From assembly GCA_902461815.1 (NCBI GenBank), contig CABPZE010000005.1, forward strand, positions 38,134 to 102,133: a stretch of DNA of 64,000 bases. The letters are read 5' to 3'. The DNA comes from an uncultured Anaerotruncus sp. Lineage in GTDB: Bacteria; Bacillota; Clostridia; Oscillospirales; CAG-272. Made by a program: the position numbers and the translations under genes. Positions 8,954-17,036 of the stretch are shown here, in pieces. The first letter of the stretch is position 1. Every line of letters starts with the position of its first letter. The notes below the pieces were generated by a model. The model had not been told where the DNA came from. It saw only the letters and a program-made list of their open reading frames with translations, and made no database searches.

Positions 8954-9927
8954 AGCTGCCCAGATTCCTTATCACTGCCGTCGCGGCGCTGCTGCTTGTC
9001 TCCTGCGCCGCAGGCGGGCAGTCAGAGCTTGGAAATGGCGGCACTACGTCTGCAAACGACGGTGCGGAATGGAGCTACACCTTCTCCGACAGCACCGGCG
9101 CTGACGTAACGCTGACCGCACGCCCGAAAAAGGTTGCCGTGCTGTTTTCCTCATACGCTGACATATGGGTAACGGCAGGCGGAAATGTTGATATTACCGT
9201 AGGAGAGGCAGTTGAACGCGGATTTGCCGGAGACAGCGCCGTTCTTGTGGACGCGGGCGCAGGGCATACAACAATTGACCTTGAAACTCTGACATCGGAG
9301 TCCCCCGACCTTGTAATAGGAACGGCTGACTATGCCTGTCAGACCAATGCCGTGGACTTCTGCCGCTCGGTCGGCATTCCGGCGGCGCTTTTCAGGGTCG
9401 AGAGCTTTTCGGATTACCTCGGCGTTCTTGAAATATTCTGCAATATAACCGGCGAGGATGCCCGCTACGAGACATACGGTATTAAGGTTAAGGAGCAGAT
9501 AGACGCGCTTTTTGACCTGATATCCTCGGCAGACAGCACCCCCTCGATACTTTTTGTCCGCGCGGGGTCATCCGCCAAATCCACAAAAGCCAAAACAACA
9601 TCCGATAATTTTGCCTGCGTAATGCTCAGTGAGCTTGGCGCGCGTAATATCGCCGACACCAACAACGAGCTTTCCTCAAGCCTCAGTCTTGAAGCAATAC
9701 TCGTGGAGGACCCGGACTATCTTTTTATCACCACAATGGGGGATGAGGCGGCGGCAAAGGATTATATGAATTCCCTGCTTGCCGCCGATGGCTGGAAAGA
9801 CCTTGCCTGCGTAAAAGAGAACAGGTATTTTTATCTTCCCAAAGATCTGTTTCACTTCAAGCCGAACGCCAGATGGGCAGAGGCATATGAATATCTTGCA
9901 GAACTGCTTTACCCGGAGAAAACATGA
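8947..9927 (+). CDS. ABC transporter substrate-binding lipoprotein, class III (FecB/BtuF-like; siderophore, heme or corrinoid type)
   Basis: 326 aa. Lipobox LLLVSC. TTG start with a GGGAGG RBS inside the last codons of the upstream gene (7-nt overlap). General fold call is from motif memory only. Confidence 0.75.
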   Translation: MLKLPRFLITAVAALLLVSCAAGGQSELGNGGTTSANDGAEWSYTFSDSTGADVTLTARPKKVAVLFSSYADIWVTAGGNVDITVGEAVERGFAGDSAVLVDAGAGHTTIDLETLTSESPDLVIGTADYACQTNAVDFCRSVGIPAALFRVESFSDYLGVLEIFCNITGEDARYETYGIKVKEQIDALFDLISSADSTPSILFVRAGSSAKSTKAKTTSDNFACVMLSELGARNIADTNNELSSSLSLEAILVEDPDYLFITTMGDEAAAKDYMNSLLAADGWKDLACVKENRYFYLPKDLFHFKPNARWAEAYEYLAELLYPEKT

Positions 9928-10922
9928 TGAGCGAAAAGCGGAAAAATGCCGTGATCGGTATATCGCTTGCGGCACTGCTCGCGGCAGTAATGCTGTGCGG
10001 GCTTGCCTTCGGAAGCGTCAATCTTACACTGCGCCGGATATTCGACGCGATATCGGGGAATGACAATACGGCATATATTATTCTGTTCCGCCTACGTCTG
10101 CCGCGCGTGCTTGCCGCGGCTCTTGCGGGAATTGCACTGTCCGCCGCCGGCTTTCTTCTGCAAACCGTAACCGACAACGATCTGTGCGCGCCCAACATCA
10201 TCGGAGTCAATTCCGGCGCAGGTCTGGCGGTAATGATGATCCTCTGCCGCTTCCCCACACTCTGGCAGCTTCAGCCCGTGGCGGCTTTCATAGGAGCGCT
10301 CAGCGCAACGCTTATCGTTCTTTTTCTGTCGTCGCTAAGCTCCTCCTACGAAAAAAAGTCCACCGTCGTGCTTGCCGGTGTGGCGGTATCCTCCGTCTTC
10401 AGCGCCGGAATATCCTTTCTTTCGATAAAATATCCGGACGCGCTTTCTTCATATGCGGCTTTTTCGGTGGGTGGATTTTCGGATATTGCCGCAGGGCAGC
10501 TTGCCGTGCCCGCGGTCATGACCGCCGCCTGCCTTGTCGCGAGCCTTATCATTGCACCAAAGCTTGAGCTGCTCTGCCTCGGAGACGACGGTGCGCGCTC
10601 GCTCGGAGTTCCCGTTCGCGCTGTGCGCCTGACAGCTATCATCCTTGCAAGCGCAATGTGCGCCGCAGCGGTGTCCTTTGCCGGGCTTCTCGGCTTTGTC
10701 GGACTTATCGTACCGCACATTGTGCGCCGACTGACACGCTCGGGGCTTCGCCTGCGGCTTGTACACGCCGCGCTTTGCGGTGCGATAATCGTTGTGCTTT
10801 CCGACCTTGCCGGGCGCACGCTGTTTGCCCCCGGGGAGCTTCCGGCGGGAATAATCATGGCGTTTATCGGCGCGCCCTTCTTTATCTGTCTATTGATCGG
10901 AAGGCGGAAAAAACATGATTGA
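9924..10922 (+). CDS. FecCD-family ABC transporter permease
   Basis: 332 aa, polytopic. FecCD-like C-terminal GxxxAxIGAPFF motif. ATGA start/stop overlap with the binding-protein gene. Confidence 0.85.
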   Translation: MMSEKRKNAVIGISLAALLAAVMLCGLAFGSVNLTLRRIFDAISGNDNTAYIILFRLRLPRVLAAALAGIALSAAGFLLQTVTDNDLCAPNIIGVNSGAGLAVMMILCRFPTLWQLQPVAAFIGALSATLIVLFLSSLSSSYEKKSTVVLAGVAVSSVFSAGISFLSIKYPDALSSYAAFSVGGFSDIAAGQLAVPAVMTAACLVASLIIAPKLELLCLGDDGARSLGVPVRAVRLTAIILASAMCAAAVSFAGLLGFVGLIVPHIVRRLTRSGLRLRLVHAALCGAIIVVLSDLAGRTLFAPGELPAGIIMAFIGAPFFICLLIGRRKKHD

Positions 10923-11697
10923 ATGCAAAAATGTCAAGGTAAAGTACGGCAAAAAAGAAGTCCTGCACTCGGTCTCCTTTACTGCCGAGCCGTCGCGCAT
11001 TACAGTGATACTCGGCAAAAACGGGTGCGGAAAGTCCACACTTCTCCGCGCCATGTCGGGGCTTATCCCATATGACGGCAGCATTTCCGTTGACGGCAAT
11101 GAGATACGCTCAATTGATACGGCTCGGCGCGCACGGTGCATAGCCTTAATGCCTCAAATGCTTCGCAGTCCCGGTATCACTGTCCGCCAGCTCGTCTCTT
11201 ACGGGCGCAGTCCGTACACGGGTCGGATGGGGATACTCTCCCCCGCTGACCGCGAGAAGGTGGAAGAGGTCATGGAAAAGACCGGGATATCCGCTCTTGC
11301 GGAATCATATCTCGGCTGTATTTCGGGCGGTGAACGGCAAAAGGCATACTTCGCCATGCTGCTTGCGCAGGACACGTCCAACCTTCTGCTCGACGAACCG
11401 GGGGCGCATCTTGACACGGAATATATGAAGAACCTGTGCGATTTTCTGCGTGCGGAACGCGACGCTGGCAAGACCGTGGTAGCAGTGCTTCACGATATTA
11501 ACCGCGCCATTGAGCTTGCCGACCTCATAACCGTATTACACGACGGCGCGCGTATCTTTTACGGCACGCCGGAGGAATTCTGCGCCAAAGATATACCGGA
11601 AACCCTTTTCGGTCTTCAACGCCTTGAATACCGGGCAGTTAAATCCGATACACTTGACGATAACTCCGCAGAGAAAAAGAAAATACTTTTTATGTAA
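10915..11697 (+). CDS. ABC transporter ATP-binding protein (FepC/FecE-like)
   Basis: 260 aa. Walker A GKNGCGKST, signature SGGERQ, Walker B LLLDEP. 8-nt overlap with the permease gene. Confidence 0.9.
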   Translation: MIECKNVKVKYGKKEVLHSVSFTAEPSRITVILGKNGCGKSTLLRAMSGLIPYDGSISVDGNEIRSIDTARRARCIALMPQMLRSPGITVRQLVSYGRSPYTGRMGILSPADREKVEEVMEKTGISALAESYLGCISGGERQKAYFAMLLAQDTSNLLLDEPGAHLDTEYMKNLCDFLRAERDAGKTVVAVLHDINRAIELADLITVLHDGARIFYGTPEEFCAKDIPETLFGLQRLEYRAVKSDTLDDNSAEKKKILFM

Positions 11698-11704
11698 CGA
11701 AATA

Positions 11705-11758
11705 AAGCCGCTGTATATCAGAGCTTATGATCTCTGAGATACAGCGGCTTATTATTTT
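11705..11758. terminator. Intrinsic terminator (19-bp stem), possibly bidirectional
   Basis: AAGCCGCTGTATATCAGAG / CTCTGAGATACAGCGGCTT (one mismatch), 8-nt loop, then ATTATTTT. Lies between convergent genes. Confidence 0.8.
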
Positions 11759-11885
11759 AGATAGTTCTAACCGCGCCGAGTATTATCGGCTTACGGTCGC
11801 GCTTTTGTCTCAAACCGGAAGCGGTAGAGCTTTTTCACTATCACTTAGCCGGCATTATCCGCGCAAGGTCGCCGCGAGGCGAAGA

Positions 11886-12461
11886 TCAAGCCCAGGGATT
11901 GCTGCTTTCGGGCTGGCGGATTCCGGTGAGCAGGAACTGCTCCCAAAGATACCACTTGCCGTCCTTTGCCTGACGCAGCTTTACGGGACGCGGGTCATCC
12001 GCTCCGCCGGAGGGAATGAACAGCTTTGCAATTCCCTGCTCGTCATATGAATGAGGATCGGATTTTACCGTTACCGTATAGGGGGACGACGGCATATAGT
12101 CGTTCTCCGGCGTTGCACCCTCAAAACAGGAGCGCGGAATATAGTCCTTTTCACGGAAACGGTCGGAAATGAACTGCTTATCCATGCCGTTCATCGGACG
12201 CGGACCGCGCAGGTAATCCAGAATACTGAAGCAAAGCTCCTTATCTGCCGGGTATACGGACAGAGCGACGACTGCCAGTGCCGCTGCGTCAAAAGGAGAT
12301 GACAGCGCAGCCTGAGGCAGCGCCTTGAAGGCGTCAATTGTTTCGGGAATATCCGAAAAAACCACTTTTTCGGTCTTGCAAACAGCGTTCTGCGCCGTCT
12401 GCTTTACTGCTCCACTGACTGCGGAAGTTGCCTTACTTTTAAGTTTGTCAAAGAATGCCAT
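11886..12461 (-). CDS. Hypothetical protein (191 aa), no recognisable catalytic motif
   Basis: Clean ORF with RBS and no TM helix. MAFFDKLKSK N-terminus; C-terminal GGADDPRPVKL..DGKWYLWE. Function unknown. Confidence 0.7.
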   Translation of the reverse strand: MAFFDKLKSKATSAVSGAVKQTAQNAVCKTEKVVFSDIPETIDAFKALPQAALSSPFDAAALAVVALSVYPADKELCFSILDYLRGPRPMNGMDKQFISDRFREKDYIPRSCFEGATPENDYMPSSPYTVTVKSDPHSYDEQGIAKLFIPSGGADDPRPVKLRQAKDGKWYLWEQFLLTGIRQPESSNPWA

Positions 12462-12484
12462 AATTTTTATCCTCCAATAGTTTT

Positions 12485-12850
12485 TTATTCGGCGCGAACA
12501 TAGCGCAAAACATCAATTTCAATCATATCACCGATCTCCTTGATCTCTACCCACGGAGATACTTCCTCACCGAGAACTTCGCCTTCTCTGCCGGTGTTGT
12601 AAAGATTCTTTCCGTCCTCGGTCTTCCATTCCTCGGTGCTGATAACAGCCCAACCGTCGAGGATCTTCGTTCCCTCCTCAATTGCCGCGTCGATCTGTTC
12701 CTGAGTAATGTCCTCGGGAAGCCGCATTTGTGTTTCAGCCGTGCCGTCTTCTTTGAATACCATAACGGTATTACGGAACGTTGAGATCATATCCTCGTCC
12801 CCACCGGACGCGGCGATCTCATCGACCGTTTTGCGCGCCAAAAACGCCAT
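12485..12850 (-). CDS. Hypothetical acidic protein (121 aa)
   Basis: Clean ORF 23 nt upstream of the 191-aa ORF on the same strand. Glu/Asp-rich, no TM helix, no motif recognised. Confidence 0.65.
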   Translation of the reverse strand: MAFLARKTVDEIAASGGDEDMISTFRNTVMVFKEDGTAETQMRLPEDITQEQIDAAIEEGTKILDGWAVISTEEWKTEDGKNLYNTGREGEVLGEEVSPWVEIKEIGDMIEIDVLRYVRAE

Positions 12851-12899
12851 ATAAGCGTAAATTCCGCCAAAGAAGCGAATTTGCTCAACCCGCAGTTTA

Positions 12900-12928
12900 T
12901 TGACATACTGATACTTCTATGATAGAAT
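12900..12928 (+). promoter_or_regulatory. Sigma-A-type promoter for the ABC exporter pair
   Basis: TTGACA, 17-nt spacer, TAGAAT with TGa extended -10. About 130-nt leader. Confidence 0.5.
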
Positions 12929-13059
12929 TAATTGAAGAAAAAATGAATTTTTTATTTAATGTCGGCTGACAAACGGACAGTTATGATGACTATATAATAG
13001 AGAACAGATCGTTCCCGCTACCTACCGGTAAAAACAGTTTGCAACGAGAAGGAGAACAC

Positions 13060-15015
13060 ATGCCCGAGAATAAGGACGCAAATGAGATTGCTCTGACGGC
13101 TAAGACATCAAAGGTCGACGCTCCGGAAAGCAAGACCGACTCAAAAAGAAGCAAGGCGGAAAAAGCCGCCGCCAGAGCCGAAAGAAAACAGAAAAAAGCA
13201 GAAGAAAAAAAGAAAAATCTGACGTGGAAGCGTGTGTGGCAGAACACATGGTTCGGAGTCAGAACCATACATACCGCAGCCCCGGGAGTGCTTTCACGCT
13301 CAATAATATCTCCTGCGCTCTCCGCCCTGATTAACTTTATGGGCGAAACATATATGCTGCGGATGATAGTAAACTCATATTCCGGAGGCATACCGGTAAA
13401 TAGGGTCATTATCTACATTGCGGCGATATGGCTGGCGAATACGGCTGCCTCCCTTCTTGACGACATGGCTTGGTACAGCTATTTTTACAAGGCAAATATC
13501 AGGCTGCAGCTGTACATCAAGAAAAGCATCTTCAAAAAATCCCGCGAAGTCGAGCTTGCCTGCTATGAGGATCCTCAATTCTATGACAAATACGTAAAGG
13601 CGGGAGACGAAGCTACCAATAAAATATATGATATCATGAATATCATCTGGCGGGTCATTTGGTGCTTTGTGTCTTTTTCAGCCACCTCGCTGCTTATCTT
13701 TACGATAGACCCCGTACTTATGATATTCGGCATCCTGCCGTTACTGCTCGGACTTCTCAGCAAAAAGCGCAACGAGGTCAAGCACGAGCTTGACAATCAG
13801 CAGAAGGTCGTGGGGCGCAAGCAGAAATATGTGCGGCGCGCCTTTTATCTGGGCGAGTACGCAAAAGAGATACGGCTGACCTTTATCGGCTCGACTCTTT
13901 TCCGTATGTTCGGCGATGCATACCGCGAATACAAAGCCAATGTCCGAAAGTACGGACCGCGGCTTGCCTTTTTCAGCTTCTGCCAGAGATTCGGAATGGA
14001 CGGCGTCGTTATCCTCGGCGCTATGCTTTACTCGGCATTCTCTGCGCTTGTCGTCGGCAGAATGTCTATCGGCGACTGCATTGTGGTGTTCAGCGGAATT
14101 GCGGCGGTGTCGGAAAATCTGCGTAGTCTTGTTACTTCCGTAACCGATTTTCAGAAAAACGCCCTTTATATTGAGGACTACCGCCATTTTCTCGAATATG
14201 AGCCGAAGATAAAGCCCAACGAAACCGGCAGGACGGCAACCGGAGGCGACATTGAGCTTTGCGACGTTACCTTCCGTTACGAGGGCGCGGACAAGGATGC
14301 GCTCTGCGGCGTTTCAATGAGCATAAAGCAAGGCGAAAAGATCGCGCTTGTGGGGGCAAACGGTTCGGGAAAATCCACTCTTGTCAAGCTGTTGCTCCGT
14401 TTTTACGACCCAAGCTCCGGGGAGATACGGCTTGACGGCACTCCGCTTCCGGATTATTCGCTTGACTCCTACCGCGAGCAGTTCGGCGTTGTGTTTCAGG
14501 AGTGCAAGTGTTTTTCAATGTCGGTGGCGGAAAACGTGCTTATGCGTCCGCTGCGTGACGGCGACGCGGAAATCGTGACAGAAGCACTGAAGCAGTCGGG
14601 CGCATGGGATAAGATATCCTCCCTGCCCGACGGTATCAACACCACCCTGACCCGCGAATTTGACGACAAGGGAACAGTGCTTTCGGGAGGCGAGCTTCAG
14701 AAGGTGGAGCTTGCGCGGATATTTGCCGTGCAGACCCCATTTGTGATACTTGACGAGCCGTCCTCCGCGCTTGACCCGGTTGCCGAATACAATATGTTTG
14801 AAAACATGATGCACGCCTGCGAGGGAAGAACGGCGGTCATTATCTCGCACCGCCTGTCCTCCGCAGTGCTCGCCGACCGGATCTATCTTATGGACGGCGG
14901 CAGAGTGATAGAGAGCGGGACGCACGCCGAGCTGATGGCGCAGAACGGCAGATATGCCGGGATGTTCCGTATGCAGGCGGAAAATTATATCGGGGAGGGT
15001 GAGGAAAATGGCTGA
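13060..15015 (+). CDS. ABC exporter, fused permease/ATPase half-transporter (subunit 1 of a heterodimer)
   Basis: The track ORF starts at TTG 13039; I prefer ATG 13060 behind GAAGGAGAA. Six-TM exporter domain, Walker A GANGSGKST, signature LSGGELQ, Walker B ILDEPSSALD. About 60 aa of Lys/Glu-rich N-terminal tail. Confidence 0.9.
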   Translation: MPENKDANEIALTAKTSKVDAPESKTDSKRSKAEKAAARAERKQKKAEEKKKNLTWKRVWQNTWFGVRTIHTAAPGVLSRSIISPALSALINFMGETYMLRMIVNSYSGGIPVNRVIIYIAAIWLANTAASLLDDMAWYSYFYKANIRLQLYIKKSIFKKSREVELACYEDPQFYDKYVKAGDEATNKIYDIMNIIWRVIWCFVSFSATSLLIFTIDPVLMIFGILPLLLGLLSKKRNEVKHELDNQQKVVGRKQKYVRRAFYLGEYAKEIRLTFIGSTLFRMFGDAYREYKANVRKYGPRLAFFSFCQRFGMDGVVILGAMLYSAFSALVVGRMSIGDCIVVFSGIAAVSENLRSLVTSVTDFQKNALYIEDYRHFLEYEPKIKPNETGRTATGGDIELCDVTFRYEGADKDALCGVSMSIKQGEKIALVGANGSGKSTLVKLLLRFYDPSSGEIRLDGTPLPDYSLDSYREQFGVVFQECKCFSMSVAENVLMRPLRDGDAEIVTEALKQSGAWDKISSLPDGINTTLTREFDDKGTVLSGGELQKVELARIFAVQTPFVILDEPSSALDPVAEYNMFENMMHACEGRTAVIISHRLSSAVLADRIYLMDGGRVIESGTHAELMAQNGRYAGMFRMQAENYIGEGEENG

Positions 15016-16939
15016 TAAAAAGAAAAGCTCCGCCGCTGTCACACAGGCACAGGAGAAAAAGCGCCGCGACGGCAGACCGCATCACAGCCTTTGGCGTATT
15101 TTGCGCAATAACGGCATAATGCTCGGCAAGATATGGAAGTTCACACCCGAATATATGATAGGCACGGTTATCGAGGGCGTGATATGGGGCTTCCTCAACT
15201 CCGCAGAGGTGTTATTCATCAATCGGCTTTTCAACGCGATGGACGACGGGAGCGGCTTCTGGTTTGCGGCGAAAATAATAGGAATACTGCTTGTATTTTA
15301 TTTCGGCGGTTATATCTTTGACGGGATATACTGGCAATGCTTCGCCCCGGTCATGAAGCAGAAGTTGAGCTACCGGATGCAATCCGAGCTGTTCCGCATT
15401 GCCGAAAAAGCAGACCTTGCCTGCTATGACGACCCCAAATACTACAACGATTTTGTGTGGGCAATGGACGAGGCGGCATCCCGCGCCGTAAGCGTGCAGG
15501 ATAACCTCGGCAAGATAATCAACCGCGTTGTGGCGTCGGGTGCGACATTTACGGTGCTGTTCACCATCGACAGGGTGGCGGCTATCGTAATACTTGCACA
15601 GGTCATTCTCAGGATAATATTGAATCAGATAACCGGAAAGCTGAATTATAAATATAACGAGGAGACAAAGCCGATATCAAGACGCAAGTCGTATGTCAAC
15701 CGCGTATATCACCTCGGCGACTATTCCAAGGAGCTTCGCTGCGGCAAGGTGTGGCAGAACATTGACAACATCTGCGACCAAAGCTATGAGGATGACATTG
15801 AGATTTGTAAGCGTTACAACCGAAAATACTTCCTGCTCAATACCCTTATGTATTCAACCATAGGCAACATCGCATATTACGGTATCACCGCCTATATGAC
15901 GCTGATGCTTACGGCGGGCAAGGTGCTGGTCGGCGGCTTTGCGGCGGCGGTAAACAGCATATGGCGTGTGCGGTGGTTCATGACAGACCTTACCGACCGC
16001 CTGACAAAATTCTACGAATACTCGCTTTTCATTGAAAAATACGTTTCCTTCCTTGCAAACGAGCCAAAAATTGTTTCGGGAGACAAGTCCCCCGGTCAGT
16101 TTGAATCCCTGAAGCTTGAAGATCTTTCCTTCACCTATGAATACGGCGAGGATGGCGCGGATAAGGACAAAAAGGATGATCCAACCGAGGGAAAGGCTGA
16201 TAAAGAGAAAAAGCGCGAAGCGCTTTGCGGGGTCGAGCTTGAAATAAAGAAAGGCGAGCGCATAGCACTTGTGGGCTACAACGGCGCGGGAAAGACCACG
16301 CTTACAAAGCTCATAATGCGGCTTTACGACCCGACCGGCGGGCGCGTGCTTTACAACGGAGTTGACATAAAGGAATACCGCCTTGACGAATACCGTGGGC
16401 ATATTGCCGCGCTGTTTCAGGACTTCCGCATTTTTGCCGCCACGGTAGCGGAGAACGTGCTGTGCCGTGATTTTCGCGAGGAAGACCGCGAAAAGGTAGG
16501 GGGCGCGCTGCGCGCCGCGACCTTCGGCGACAAGCTCGACGGGCTTAAAGACGGGATAATGACCCCGCTGACGCGTGAGTTTGACAAAAACGGCACAAAT
16601 CTTTCGGGCGGCGAGGCTCAGAAGGTGGCAATAGCAAGAGTCTTTGCGTCGGACGCCGAGCTTATCATCATGGATGAGCCGTCTGCGGCGCTCGACCCGG
16701 CGGCGGAATACGAGCTTAACCACGCCATCCTGCGCTATGCGGGGGAAAAAACGGTGATATTCATTTCACACAGGCTTTCGACCACCAGAATGGCTGACAG
16801 GATATATATGTTCGACGGCGGGCGGATAGCGGAAAGCGGAACACATGACGAGCTGATGCAGCAGAACGGCAAATACGCCGCAATGTTCCGTCTTCAGGCA
16901 AAAAAATACGCCGATAATCTCGGCGAGCAAAGCGCATAA
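15008..16939 (+). CDS. ABC exporter, fused permease/ATPase half-transporter (subunit 2)
   Basis: The track ORF starts at 14954; I prefer ATG 15008 (MADKKKSS), giving an 8-nt overlap with subunit 1. Walker A GYNGAGKTT, signature LSGGEAQ, Walker B IMDEPSAALD. Charged insert of about 22 aa before Walker A. Confidence 0.9.
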   Translation: MADKKKSSAAVTQAQEKKRRDGRPHHSLWRILRNNGIMLGKIWKFTPEYMIGTVIEGVIWGFLNSAEVLFINRLFNAMDDGSGFWFAAKIIGILLVFYFGGYIFDGIYWQCFAPVMKQKLSYRMQSELFRIAEKADLACYDDPKYYNDFVWAMDEAASRAVSVQDNLGKIINRVVASGATFTVLFTIDRVAAIVILAQVILRIILNQITGKLNYKYNEETKPISRRKSYVNRVYHLGDYSKELRCGKVWQNIDNICDQSYEDDIEICKRYNRKYFLLNTLMYSTIGNIAYYGITAYMTLMLTAGKVLVGGFAAAVNSIWRVRWFMTDLTDRLTKFYEYSLFIEKYVSFLANEPKIVSGDKSPGQFESLKLEDLSFTYEYGEDGADKDKKDDPTEGKADKEKKREALCGVELEIKKGERIALVGYNGAGKTTLTKLIMRLYDPTGGRVLYNGVDIKEYRLDEYRGHIAALFQDFRIFAATVAENVLCRDFREEDREKVGGALRAATFGDKLDGLKDGIMTPLTREFDKNGTNLSGGEAQKVAIARVFASDAELIIMDEPSAALDPAAEYELNHAILRYAGEKTVIFISHRLSTTRMADRIYMFDGGRIAESGTHDELMQQNGKYAAMFRLQAKKYADNLGEQSA

Positions 16940-16948
16940 ATATTTTGG

Positions 16949-16998
16949 GGCTGATGCAGACGCACATAAAAGGTGCATTTTGCATCAGCCACGTTTTT
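16949..16998 (+). terminator. Intrinsic terminator after the ABC exporter pair
   Basis: GGCTGATGCA..(22-nt loop with an inner GCAC/GTGC stem)..TGCATCAGCC, then ACGTTTTTAT. Confidence 0.7.
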
Positions 16999-17036
16999 AT
17001 ATTCCAAAAACAAATTGAATTTGGTACGGCAACGTT

